A stretch of 64,000 nt of DNA, from NCBI GenBank assembly GCA_964493205.1, contig CAZBMJ010000008.1, forward strand, positions 1,941 through 65,940. Direction: 5' to 3'. Positions 1 to 8,743 of this stretch are shown piece by piece. Below the pieces are notes generated by a model. The model saw only the letters and a program-made list of their open reading frames with translations. It was not told the DNA's origin and did not search any database. This DNA comes from an uncultured Myxococcales bacterium (GTDB lineage Bacteria; Myxococcota; UBA727; JABDBI01). Both the position numbers and the translations under genes were made by a program. Position 1 is the first letter of the stretch. Each line of letters begins with the position of its first letter.

Positions 1-266
1 GAATTCTGGCCCGTCTGGTGTATTTTCACCACATCTTCATCATTAACGTCATTCCGAGCAAGATCGCTCTCGAGCTCATCCATTATTTGTTGGTCCAATT
101 CGTCGATATTGCTAAATTTTTGGCGCTTTTTTGATCCCTGCTCCTCCAAATCACTGGATTCAACATCTAGCTTTCTCTTCAGCTTAACGTTAGCGATTTC
201 CGCAGAGTTGGCGACAAAGCCGCCCAGCAACACAGATGACAAGATAAAACTCTTAAATATACACAT
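1..266 (-). CDS. partial CDS (N-terminal part; continues beyond window start): signal-peptide protein with charged low-complexity region
   Basis: Reverse-strand ATG at 266..264 translates to MCIFKSFILSSVLLGGFVANSAEIANVKLKRKLDVESSDLEEQGSKKRQKF... and stays open to position 1. It is absent from the ORF track because it is truncated by the window edge. Hydrophobic N-terminus; visibly less AT-rich than the bulk of the window. Confidence 0.4.
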   Translation of the reverse strand, partial: MCIFKSFILSSVLLGGFVANSAEIANVKLKRKLDVESSDLEEQGSKKRQKFSNIDELDQQIMDELESDLARNDVNDEDVVKIHQTGQN

Positions 267-392
267 AAAAACTCACAATAAATTCGTTCACAAAAGCCTG
301 ACCAAATAAAGGACTGAGTTCATCCCTGGCGTCAATAATTTCGTGCACTGAGGTGGACCCAATTTGCTAGACAGTTTAGCCACCAATTTAAG

Positions 393-840
393 TTATGCTC
401 TGTAGAGCTCGATTGGCCTTTTATGACCTAAAGCTTGATGAAGATTTTGTGTATTGTAATATGTAAAATACTTTTCTAAATTGCAACAGGCATCTGAAAT
501 ACTTTCATAATTTTTTTATATAAACTGAGCATAAGAAACACAAACGCCTTTTTTTGAAAAATGCCATCTACCGAGGCCTATAATTTGGAGCCAAAACAGC
601 ATTTCTCTGCTTGAAAGCTAACATAATACTTCTTACAGGTTCGGATTTAGCGAGAATTGGCCGTACCAGGCGTGCAGGTCTTTCTGAAAAAGCTCTTTTG
701 CTTTTTAGCAGTGATGAAACCAATATTAAAAGCGCCTATTGAACGCCAAGTTATTCCTGGCTTTGAGCCTAATTTTTCTGCTCCAAGGCCACCTCAGCCA
801 AGAAATTTTAATAATAATACACGAGGATCGGCTAGGTAGT
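393..840 (-). pseudogene. degraded rve (DDE integrase-core) transposase remnant, IS481/IS3-like C-terminus
   Basis: Reverse-strand translation ends ...CCNLEKYFTYYNTQNLHQALGHKRPIELYRA* (stop at 395..393). This matches the canonical rve transposase tail (Y-N-x-x-R/x-x-H-x-a-L-g-x-x-x-P). Upstream pieces in other frames (APNYRPR / VDGIFQKKAF) resemble the RPyrPQTNGKVERF region but are broken by stops and frameshifts. The upstream boundary is uncertain. Confidence 0.5.
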
Positions 841-847
841 TTTCGTC

Positions 848-1861
848 TTACCAACTCAATGATAAATATGGTTTTAAACTTGTAGCATCCATATGAACCT
901 GACCACCAATGGGAAAAGTTATAATGGGCGAGGTATGGCCAAAATCTACATTGGCAATAATTGGCAATTCTTGTAACTCTTTTTTACCAAGGCATATTTC
1001 TGTAAGTGCTAAAAGGCTCATATTGGATGCTTTTTGAAATCGACCAATAACTATTCCCCTAACTTTATCAAACCCAGGTTGCATAATTAAAGATTGCAGA
1101 TCTCGATCAAAGATTTCAGGAAAAACTAAGGCGTCATCTTCAAGAAAAATAATCTTATTATTTAGATCAGGCATATAGCTTGTGCCTTGCAAAAGATTAA
1201 GCGTGCACAAATTTCCGCCAATAATTTGTCCTTGCGCCCTACCTGCTTGAATTATTTTCATGCCTTCATTAGGAAGAAATTCTCTTTTATCCTGTTCTTT
1301 ATACCATTCATCATCACTGTAAGTATCTGAAGCCAGTACTGTAAAAGAATCATGAGACATCAAGCATTTCTTAAAATAGTCGATGGTATAATCCATGCCC
1401 TTCATGCAGGCAAAAGTAGAAAAGTGTGGTCCACAAAAATTTATTAATGAAGTTTTTGCGAAAATAGCGTTAGAAAGGGCTGTAATATCTGAAAATCCGC
1501 ACAAAATTTTTGGATTATTTTTAATCAAATCAAAATCTAAATAATTTAAAAGCTGATTGGAATTATATCCACCAATAACAGTTAAAATTGCTTTAACTTG
1601 AGGATCAGCAAATGCTTGGTGTAAATCACTTACTCTTGATTTGATAGACGATGATAAAAAATTATTGCTTTCATAGCAATGAGATGAGAAAGAGATCTTA
1701 AATCCCAGCTCTTTTTCTAAGCGTTCAAGAGCATAAGTTTGGTTTTGTTCTGAAATAATACTCATGCTTATAGCGGGAGCAAGCACTCGGATCTCATCGC
1801 CAATTTTTAATCTTGCTGGTGAAAATACTGACATACTCAATGCTCCATTATCATAACACAT
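848..1861 (-). CDS. LD-carboxypeptidase, peptidase S66 family (LdcA/MccF-like)
   Basis: S66 hallmarks: nucleophile motif ILCGFSDITAL, acidic IIFLEDDA and NVDFGHTSP (Ser-Glu-His triad context). The real start may be the internal Met (MSVFSPARLKIGD, 1834). Confidence 0.85.
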   Translation of the reverse strand: MCYDNGALSMSVFSPARLKIGDEIRVLAPAISMSIISEQNQTYALERLEKELGFKISFSSHCYESNNFLSSSIKSRVSDLHQAFADPQVKAILTVIGGYNSNQLLNYLDFDLIKNNPKILCGFSDITALSNAIFAKTSLINFCGPHFSTFACMKGMDYTIDYFKKCLMSHDSFTVLASDTYSDDEWYKEQDKREFLPNEGMKIIQAGRAQGQIIGGNLCTLNLLQGTSYMPDLNNKIIFLEDDALVFPEIFDRDLQSLIMQPGFDKVRGIVIGRFQKASNMSLLALTEICLGKKELQELPIIANVDFGHTSPIITFPIGGQVHMDATSLKPYLSLSW

Positions 1862-1871
1862 AACAAAAAAA

Positions 1872-2537
1872 TCAAATAATAACTAGCTTACTCTCTCGAT
1901 TATAGTCAAATTCTCTTGTGAATTTTTGCCCATTTTCTTCAAACACTGCAGTAATATGTAGCATATTCTGATTAGGCAAGCTTTTAATTAGTTGGATATT
2001 TTTTGCACCTTCTATAATGCATAATTCATTCCATGCGCAATCTGCAAATTCAAAAATTTGTACCCCATTAGGTAACATTATAATAAATATATTACAGCTT
2101 TTGAACAACCGGTAAGCACAGCTGCTGCCCTGATAACGAGTACCAATACAATTATCGTCCAAAGGAATTGGTGGAGTTTGTATTTCATGCCAGTGGCCAT
2201 TTCGGTTTACGATAGTTTTGAACTTAAAGCTATTATCTCTCTGATATATCATAATCGCATTTTTATTAGGATGAATAGCAACATTTTCAACCTTTTGCAT
2301 TTCAAAAACACAGGTAGGTGAATCTCCAATGCTCAGCAACCTAAGACTATGCTCATCAGTATTAAAGACAACCGAAGTCCCATTTGGCAATTCTTTAATC
2401 CATCCAGCACGTGTAATTCCGCTTGCGGTGAAAACTATTGTTATCAGGACGATAATGCTATGCAAGTTTATCAACTTCATTATCAGGCTCTTTATTTTAA
2501 GTGTTAAAGCTGTCATCAAGACATGACATTGTGTCAT
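1872..2537 (-). CDS. hypothetical exported/membrane-anchored protein
   Basis: Long ORF with an N-terminal hydrophobic stretch (MKLINLHSIIVLITIVFTASG). No recognisable family. Confidence 0.5.
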   Translation of the reverse strand: MTQCHVLMTALTLKIKSLIMKLINLHSIIVLITIVFTASGITRAGWIKELPNGTSVVFNTDEHSLRLLSIGDSPTCVFEMQKVENVAIHPNKNAIMIYQRDNSFKFKTIVNRNGHWHEIQTPPIPLDDNCIGTRYQGSSCAYRLFKSCNIFIIMLPNGVQIFEFADCAWNELCIIEGAKNIQLIKSLPNQNMLHITAVFEENGQKFTREFDYNRESKLVII

Positions 2538-2744
2538 AAAGTCCTAAGAAAGAAAAGCTTATTCTAATATTTTGTATTTTTTATGGGTAGTGAAATAACA
2601 CTTATGTTGCATGGCTTTGCAACAAATAGTGCTACCCATGGTAAATAGGCCAAATTCAAAAAGTTCGATCATTCTCTGGTAAAAGTCGACTTAAAAGATC
2701 TAGCCATTTTAATATAGTAAAGACTATAAGCTAGGAGGTTTTTT

Positions 2745-3293
2745 ATGAAAAAAGATTCTTTAATATCTATCAATAACTTACTGATGACTGAAGATGAACA
2801 TCTTAAAAAACTCCATAAAATAGTGGTTGATAGTATTCACGAAGAAAAACTTATTACCCAACGCTTAAAAAAAGAATTTAATCAAAAACCAAGCTTTGGT
2901 GATTTTATTGCCGATAAAATAGCGGCTTTTGGTGGGTCTTGGATTTTTATTTTTTTATTTGTTTTCATAATTATTTTATGGATTATGGCAAACGTATATT
3001 TTTTACAAAACTATGCTTTTGATCCCTATCCTTTTATTCTTTTAAATTTACTTCTATCTTGTGTAGCAGCATTTCAGGCTCCAGTTATTTTAATGAGCCA
3101 AAATCGCCTTGAAATAAAAGATCGAAATCGGGCTGAACACGACTATATGGTGAACCTAAAAGCAGAAGTAGAAATTCGGGCACTTCATCAAAAACTTGAT
3201 GTGCTAATTCTAGAACAGATGAAAACTTTATTGGAAATCCAAGAACAACAACTCAAAAAACTTGATGAACTAAAAAACCCACCCACTTATTGA
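2745..3293 (+). CDS. DUF1003-family membrane protein
   Basis: AGGAGG Shine-Dalgarno 7 nt upstream. FGDFIADKIAAFGGSW, two TM helices and a conserved FDPYPFILLNLLLS...QAPVILMSQNR...DR..AE.DY..NLKAE block, typical of DUF1003. Confidence 0.75.
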   Translation: MKKDSLISINNLLMTEDEHLKKLHKIVVDSIHEEKLITQRLKKEFNQKPSFGDFIADKIAAFGGSWIFIFLFVFIIILWIMANVYFLQNYAFDPYPFILLNLLLSCVAAFQAPVILMSQNRLEIKDRNRAEHDYMVNLKAEVEIRALHQKLDVLILEQMKTLLEIQEQQLKKLDELKNPPTY

Positions 3294-3300
3294 AAGTGGG
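3271..3300 (-). terminator. rho-independent terminator for the lectin gene, embedded in the 3' end of the convergent DUF1003 gene
   Basis: 7-bp stem CCCACTT/AAGTGGG (3282..3288 / 3294..3300) with a 5-nt loop. Read on the minus strand it is followed by a T-run (complement of AAAAAA at 3272..3277). Confidence 0.6.
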
Positions 3301-3312
3301 CTCCTCTTCAAA

Positions 3313-4182
3313 CTAATTCCACCATTTATGCCACAACGCATTATCGGTGCCTTTAACAAACACATCAAGACGACCAGTACTCCAAGAAGCTACACTAGGT
3401 GCTGAAGTCAATACGCCACCAAGTGATTCCCAAGATGACCAGTTACCTTGATACCATTTGTGCCATAAAGCATTGTCTGTCCCTTTAACAAAAACGTCTA
3501 AGCGGCCATAGCTCCAAGCAGAAACTGCTGGCGCTGAAGTTAAAACACCACCAAGGGATTGCCATGAAGACCAACCATTATCATACCATTTATGCCACAA
3601 AGCATTGTCTGTGCCCTTCACAAAAACGTCTAGGCGGCCATAGCTCCAAGCTGCCACTGCTGGTGCCGAAGTCAAAACGCCACCAAGGGATTCCCATGAA
3701 GACCAGCCATTATCATACCATTTATGCCATAAAGCATTGTCTGTTCCTTTGACAAAAACGTCTAAACGACCATGACTCCAAGACGCTACTGCAGGTTCAG
3801 ATGTCAAAACGCCACCAAGTGATTCCCATGAAGACCAGCCATTATCATACCATTTATGCCATAAAGCATTGTCTGTTCCACGCACAAATACATCCAAACG
3901 ACCATGACTCCAAGCTGCCACTGCTGGTCCTGAAGTTAATACACCACCTAAGGATTCCCATGCAGACCAGCCGTTATCATACCATTTGTGCCAAAGAGCA
4001 TTGTCTGTTCCACGCACAAATACATCAAGACGACCAAGGCTCCAGGATCCTACTGCTGGACTAGATGTAAGAACACCGCCCAAGGATTCCCAAGAAGACC
4101 AATTCAAACACTCATTAGCAAAAATGTTTGTTTGAAATATTAAAAAAAATAATAAAATACGCCAATATTTACCTTTAGACAT
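3313..4182 (-). CDS. secreted six-repeat beta-propeller lectin-like protein (AAL/PLL-type repeat signature)
   Basis: Signal peptide [22 protein letters not shown]. Six consecutive 43-aa repeats [13 protein letters not shown][31 protein letters not shown]. Start chosen at the Met preceded by AAAGGGGGGA; the ORF track extends to 4209. Confidence 0.75.
   Translation of the reverse strand: MSKGKYWRILLFFLIFQTNIFANECLNWSSWESLGGVLTSSPAVGSWSLGRLDVFVRGTDNALWHKWYDNGWSAWESLGGVLTSGPAVAAWSHGRLDVFVRGTDNALWHKWYDNGWSSWESLGGVLTSEPAVASWSHGRLDVFVKGTDNALWHKWYDNGWSSWESLGGVLTSAPAVAAWSYGRLDVFVKGTDNALWHKWYDNGWSSWQSLGGVLTSAPAVSAWSYGRLDVFVKGTDNALWHKWYQGNWSSWESLGGVLTSAPSVASWSTGRLDVFVKGTDNALWHKWWN
3316..4089 (-). repeat. 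coding tandem repeat, 6 units of 129 bp
   Basis: Nucleotide-level periodicity of 129 bp is visible, e.g. ccatgaagaccaRccattatcataccatttatgccaYaaagcattgtctgt recurs in successive units. Adjacent units are highly similar but not identical. Confidence 0.85.
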
Positions 4183-4251
4183 AATCCCCCCTTTGGGAAA
4201 AGTTTTCACTAATCAGTGCGGGGAATTTATAAGTAAAAGTGTTCTCTAAAT

Positions 4252-5937
4252 TTAAAAAGAAGAAATAAGATAAGTGGAAAATGCTCTAGTAAGTGGCGCT
4301 AAAACTTCTATGGAAACATTATTTTTTGTTAAACTTTCCACAAAAAGTCTAGAATGACTTAAGTTATGATTGTCAACTGCAGTTCCCACAATAAAAATTT
4401 GTTCACAGCTTGAATTTATTCCACAAATTTTTTGCGCAATATTTTCGTTTGAAGCTGAAAAAATTGTGCTTTTATGAACTTTATAATTAAAATACTCAAA
4501 TCTTATATTTTTAGAATTCATAAAACCGCTAGTATTAGATAAAAATTTCTTAGCATCATGCTCATAACCAATAGCAGTAATTACCAAATCAACTCTTTCT
4601 GATAAACTATTGTAGTTAACCCTTATTTTATCACCTATATCTTGTTCAATGGATTCTACTTTATGAACTATGGGAGTAAAAATAAATTTGGATTTATTAA
4701 AAGTTTCGCCATTATAGATTTTCTTAAAACCTTCATATTTATAGCGGCCTTTAGTAGTTGAAGAATTTTCAAAAGAAATATAATTCTTTAAAGATTGTCC
4801 ATACCAAATAATTTCAGCTGGACTAGCATATTTATTACTACCAAAAGACTCGTAACTTTGCTTAGGAGCATAACCTGCTAAAAATTCTAAGACTATTTTA
4901 CCGCTATCTCCAGCGCCAATAACAGCTATTTTTTTATTCTTAAATATTTCAAAGAAAGAAGTACCTTGATCAAGCAAAAGTTCGTTTATTTCAAAAAGTT
5001 CGTCATAATTTAAAACTAAAGGAATCTTTGAGCTTTCAGAGTCAAAAGATGCCAATAAATCTCTTTGAGTAACAAACCAATTTTTATCATCAATATTAGG
5101 CATAATAACGCTTCCTAATCCCGACACCACTACTACTTTTTTAACGAGTAAAGGGCGATTAAGAGCATTATTACCGGCTAAAGTAATTAGGTAGTTATCA
5201 TCAATTTTATCAATTTTTTTAATAGTAGTATCAAAGTAAAAAAGCGCATTACTCGCAAATAAATTAAATATTACCTGATTCCATAATTGCCTAGCTACTG
5301 GAAAGTTTTTTTGACCTTTTTTTTCTATATCAGCATGTTCTACTATGCTAATTGGGGAAAGTGGAAAATAATTAGAATTATAATCGACACCTGTTTGAGG
5401 GTTTGAACCACTGGGAGAATTTAACCTAAAAGAATGGGTCCGAAAATGAGAAGCAGGGTGCTGTTCTTTATCTATTACTAAAATTTTTAATGCAGGGTTT
5501 TTATAACTAAGATTCCTTGCTAAAATGGCCCCATGTATACCACTACCAATGATCAAAATATCAAAGTCTACATCATTTTTTTTTGTGCGATTAACAACTG
5601 TTATAGCATCAGAAGTATCATGCAAAGATTTTTCAAAAAAATCAGCTAAAGCATTAGCACATATCTCTTTCTTTTCTCCAGAAAGGTTTTTAAACATACT
5701 TTTAATATTTATGTCATTTTCCAAAGAAGCGCTAGGTGTAAAAGTAGAAGCCCCATTATTACATTGTGCTTGCACTTTTTCTGAAACAAAAAAAGTTTTA
5801 GGGGAATATATAACTTTATCTATAGGTACTTTAACAATAGTATCAATAGTATTGGATGATGAAGAATTATCAATATCTAGGGGTGAGCAGGATGCTAATA
5901 AAAATAAAAAAAATGGATATAAAAGCACATATTTCAT
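4252..5937 (-). CDS. FAD/NAD(P)-binding oxidoreductase with lipoprotein signal (two dinucleotide-binding motifs; N-hydroxylating monooxygenase / pyridine-nucleotide-disulfide oxidoreductase-like)
   Basis: Lipobox LLASC at the N-terminus. First Rossmann motif DILIIGSGIHGAILA, second IAVIGAGDSGKIVLE, late motif VDLVITAIGYE. Confidence 0.6.
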   Translation of the reverse strand: MKYVLLYPFFLFLLASCSPLDIDNSSSSNTIDTIVKVPIDKVIYSPKTFFVSEKVQAQCNNGASTFTPSASLENDINIKSMFKNLSGEKKEICANALADFFEKSLHDTSDAITVVNRTKKNDVDFDILIIGSGIHGAILARNLSYKNPALKILVIDKEQHPASHFRTHSFRLNSPSGSNPQTGVDYNSNYFPLSPISIVEHADIEKKGQKNFPVARQLWNQVIFNLFASNALFYFDTTIKKIDKIDDNYLITLAGNNALNRPLLVKKVVVVSGLGSVIMPNIDDKNWFVTQRDLLASFDSESSKIPLVLNYDELFEINELLLDQGTSFFEIFKNKKIAVIGAGDSGKIVLEFLAGYAPKQSYESFGSNKYASPAEIIWYGQSLKNYISFENSSTTKGRYKYEGFKKIYNGETFNKSKFIFTPIVHKVESIEQDIGDKIRVNYNSLSERVDLVITAIGYEHDAKKFLSNTSGFMNSKNIRFEYFNYKVHKSTIFSASNENIAQKICGINSSCEQIFIVGTAVDNHNLSHSRLFVESLTKNNVSIEVLAPLTRAFSTYLISSF

Positions 5938-6084
5938 ATAAAACCATTAAATAAAAACACAATTAAAATATAACTAAAAACACATAAAATATAAAATTAT
6001 CTGAAAATTAAAAAATAAAAGCTACAACAAAAACGAATTAGCATTTTTATTATAGCCGGTAAATATATTACAAAATAAATATTT

Positions 6085-7572
6085 TTATTTATCACCTAAA
6101 TCAATACAAATAGATTTAGTTTCCGTGTAAAGATTTAAAGCCTCTAGCCCCATTTCTCTGCCCCAGCCAGATTGTTTGTAGCCCCCAAATGGCAATGCTG
6201 CATCAAAAATATTATAGCAATTAACCCAAACTGTACCTGTGCGAAGCTTATGGCTAACTCTATGAGCCTTATTAATATCTTTTGTCCATACCCCTGCAGC
6301 AAGGCCATAAATAGAATTATTAGCATGGTTAATAACTTCTTCTTCAGAACTAAAGGGCATAGCACAAAGCACAGGGCCAAAAATTTCTTCTTTAACCACT
6401 GACATAGTGTTATTAGTGTTGCTTAAAATTGTGGGCTCAACAAAATAACCTTCAGACCTAGATTTAGCGCCACAAACAACATTGGCACCTTCTTTTATAC
6501 CCATACTAATATAAGAATTTACTCGATCAAATTGCTCTTTTGATACTAAAGGCCCCATTGCAGTGTTACTATCCATACCAATGCCTAAGGTAATTTTTTG
6601 CGCAGCTTTTTTTAAGCCTTCAAGTACACGATCATAAATTTTTTCATGAATAAATAAACGAGAACCAGCACAACAACACTGACCATGATTAAAAAATATG
6701 GCGTTAAGAGAACCATCTATGGCTTTTTCAATGTCACAGTCATCAAAAATAATATTAGGAGATTTACCACCAAGCTCTAGGGAAACTTTTTTTAAGTTAC
6801 CACTTGCTGCTTGTAAAATTAATTTTCCAACTTCTGTAGACCCTGTAAAAGCTACTTTATCAACATCACTATGAGCACTTAATAATGCACCAGTACTGCC
6901 ATCACCATTTACTAGATTAACTACACCATTTGGAATTCCTGCTTTTTTAAGCAAGTTCATTAAATACGTAGCACTCAAAGGAGTTTGTTCAGCAGGTTTT
7001 AGAATAACAGTGCACCCACAAGCAAGAGCAGGAGCAAGCTTCCAAGCTGCCATCAAAAGAGGAAAATTCCAAGGTATAATTTGAGCCACCACACCCACAG
7101 GCTCTTTTTTTGTATAAGCATGAAAATTAGTATTTAGATTAACTATATTTCCACTTACTTTCCCTACAAGACTTGCATAATATCTAAAATGCTCTGCAGC
7201 TAAGCTCACATCTGCTATTTTAGCCACACTTAAGGGTTTGCCATTATCTAAAGATTCAAGTTCAGCCAAAATATCGCCATGCTCTTCTATTAAATCAGCA
7301 ATACGCCATAATATTTTAGCTCTTTGAGTGCTTTGCATGTGCGGCCATTCACCATTTTCAAAAGCATTACGAGCAGCCGCTACTGCAGCATCTACTTCTG
7401 TTTTTGAAGCCAAGCTTACTTTAGTAAAAGCCTTAGCACAGGATGGATCAAAAATTTCAAATGATTGGTTATTAGCTGACTTGCACCATTCACCACCAAT
7501 AAAATGACCATGCTCTTTGCTAGCAAAATCTTTGGCTGCAGTTTTCATCATATTAAAAGCTAAACTTGTCAT
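6085..7572 (-). CDS. NAD(P)-dependent aldehyde dehydrogenase (betaine/aminobutyraldehyde DH-like ALDH)
   Basis: ALDH motifs VSLELGGKSP, catalytic-Cys block FFNHGQCCCAGSR, EEIFGPV, PFGGYKQSGWGRE. Start placed at MTSLAFN because AGGAG lies 5 nt upstream; the ORF track extends to 7599. Confidence 0.9.
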   Translation of the reverse strand: MTSLAFNMMKTAAKDFASKEHGHFIGGEWCKSANNQSFEIFDPSCAKAFTKVSLASKTEVDAAVAAARNAFENGEWPHMQSTQRAKILWRIADLIEEHGDILAELESLDNGKPLSVAKIADVSLAAEHFRYYASLVGKVSGNIVNLNTNFHAYTKKEPVGVVAQIIPWNFPLLMAAWKLAPALACGCTVILKPAEQTPLSATYLMNLLKKAGIPNGVVNLVNGDGSTGALLSAHSDVDKVAFTGSTEVGKLILQAASGNLKKVSLELGGKSPNIIFDDCDIEKAIDGSLNAIFFNHGQCCCAGSRLFIHEKIYDRVLEGLKKAAQKITLGIGMDSNTAMGPLVSKEQFDRVNSYISMGIKEGANVVCGAKSRSEGYFVEPTILSNTNNTMSVVKEEIFGPVLCAMPFSSEEEVINHANNSIYGLAAGVWTKDINKAHRVSHKLRTGTVWVNCYNIFDAALPFGGYKQSGWGREMGLEALNLYTETKSICIDLGDK

Positions 7573-7596
7573 AAAATCTCCTATGATCTGTAACAT

Positions 7597-7650
7597 CATG
7601 ATTTTATGAGCTTTTTTGTTTATTCTTTCAATAAGATTATTCTAACTTAG
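7597..7650. repeat. direct repeat copy 1 (54 bp) flanking the 7759..8679 insertion
   Basis: catgattttatgagcttttttgtttattctttcaataagattattctaacttag matches 8690..8743 at 51 of 54 positions by manual alignment. Confidence 0.9.
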
Positions 7651-7758
7651 CAGAGTAAATGGAAAACTTCCTCTTAAAAAATTATTTTTCAATCTTTTAA
7701 ACTTTTACCCATAGCTTATTGTTGATTTATGACAGATCGCAAGCAGGAGATCCCCATA

Positions 7759-8679
7759 ATGAAAAAGTATAGGCATTTTCTAGGTACCCTACTGATGACG
7801 GCTTCCTTGTGCTTATCCGCCGCAAAAATAGGTACTCAGTTTAGCTTCGAACATGTGCCACTGAATGAAAATACCTTTATCAAGGCCAGTGATTCCACCT
7901 ATTTCGAAAGACTTGAATATTTGCTTCAGCGCATCGATGCCATCGAAGAACAGGCAGCGCCTCTATTTGGGTTGAATCCCGAAGGCAAATTGCGCCAGGA
8001 AAAATGGAATAACCATAGGTTTACCGATCCCAGGGTGTGGCCCATTACTTCAGATTTTCGCTTTATCGTTCACTGTCTGCCAGAGGCTAATGTGGAGTTT
8101 CATAAAACCCAAGATATTGAATCTCTTCTGCAAGATCACCTCATCAGCGCATCGATTATTTCCCATAATCGTATGGGAACCTGGGCAAAAGCATGTGTAA
8201 TTTTAGACGTTCCCTATCAAAATATCATTGCTGCCCAGCCTACAGATATGGGCCTTTGGAATAGAAAATCTGATCGAGTGGATGCTATGACCACAGCCTA
8301 CCTCGCCCTTGGGAATAACCTAAAACCTGTCTTGGTACATAATCTTACAGATAGTGTTGTTCCATTTGATCAACAGTATAAAACAGAAGTGTTTCAATAC
8401 TTTCAAAACTATACTCCAGAAGCGATTTTGAGTGCGACGTCCCCAGGTAGTCACAATGAAATTGCCATCTTAGGCCATAATCCCATCACCAAAACCAGTG
8501 TACGCATCATCGGCATCTTTTTTAATAGTGCGAAGATGATTCCTTATCCAACACAATCTTTTGCTGCGATGAAAGACTATTTATTGAGGTATGCAGCCGT
8601 CAAAAGACTTTGCGTCTTTGATTTTGATGCAAAAACAATCGAGGAGCTACACAAGTGCCCCCCCCAACAACTGAGCTAG
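7759..8679 (+). CDS. hypothetical secreted protein on a less AT-rich inserted segment
   Basis: AGGAG 9 nt upstream of the Met of MKKYRHFLGTLLMTASLCLSAAK (signal peptide). Codon and base composition differ visibly from neighbours. C8 homopolymer at 8658..8665 near the 3' end. No family recognised. Confidence 0.6.
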   Translation: MKKYRHFLGTLLMTASLCLSAAKIGTQFSFEHVPLNENTFIKASDSTYFERLEYLLQRIDAIEEQAAPLFGLNPEGKLRQEKWNNHRFTDPRVWPITSDFRFIVHCLPEANVEFHKTQDIESLLQDHLISASIISHNRMGTWAKACVILDVPYQNIIAAQPTDMGLWNRKSDRVDAMTTAYLALGNNLKPVLVHNLTDSVVPFDQQYKTEVFQYFQNYTPEAILSATSPGSHNEIAILGHNPITKTSVRIIGIFFNSAKMIPYPTQSFAAMKDYLLRYAAVKRLCVFDFDAKTIEELHKCPPQQLS

Positions 8680-8689
8680 AAATCCTAAG

Positions 8690-8743
8690 CATTATTTTAT
8701 GAGCTTTTTTGTTTATTCTTTCAATAAGATTATTGTAACTTGG
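8690..8743. repeat. direct repeat copy 2 (54 bp); overlaps the stop codon region of ORF 8730..9926
   Basis: cattattttatgagcttttttgtttattctttcaataagattattgtaacttgg; see copy 1. Confidence 0.9.

Noticed and set aside
1-6. GAATTC at the very first bases (cloning-site-like boundary)
   Set aside because: A single 6-mer at a window edge carries no biological information.
109-839. Plus-strand ORFs 109..309 and 657..839
   Set aside because: They overlap the better-supported minus-strand partial CDS and the transposase remnant, and they have no SD or family resemblance.
3564-4064. Plus-strand ORFs 3564..3752 and 3801..4064 (and similar antisense ORFs, e.g. 2329..2526, 5525..5941, 6144..6402, 10553..10759, 15570..15785, 16396..16635, 19104..19496, 20584..20790, 33909..34307, 34631..34903, 40412..40711, 53727..54827, 55481..56032, 56512..56706)
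   Set aside because: They lie inside, and antisense or out of frame to, strongly supported genes. They have odd composition and no start signals, so they are shadow ORFs.
3316-4089. Regular repeat array that could be mistaken for a CRISPR or satellite
   Set aside because: The 129-bp period has no spacers and lies entirely in-frame within a lectin ORF, so it is a coding tandem repeat.
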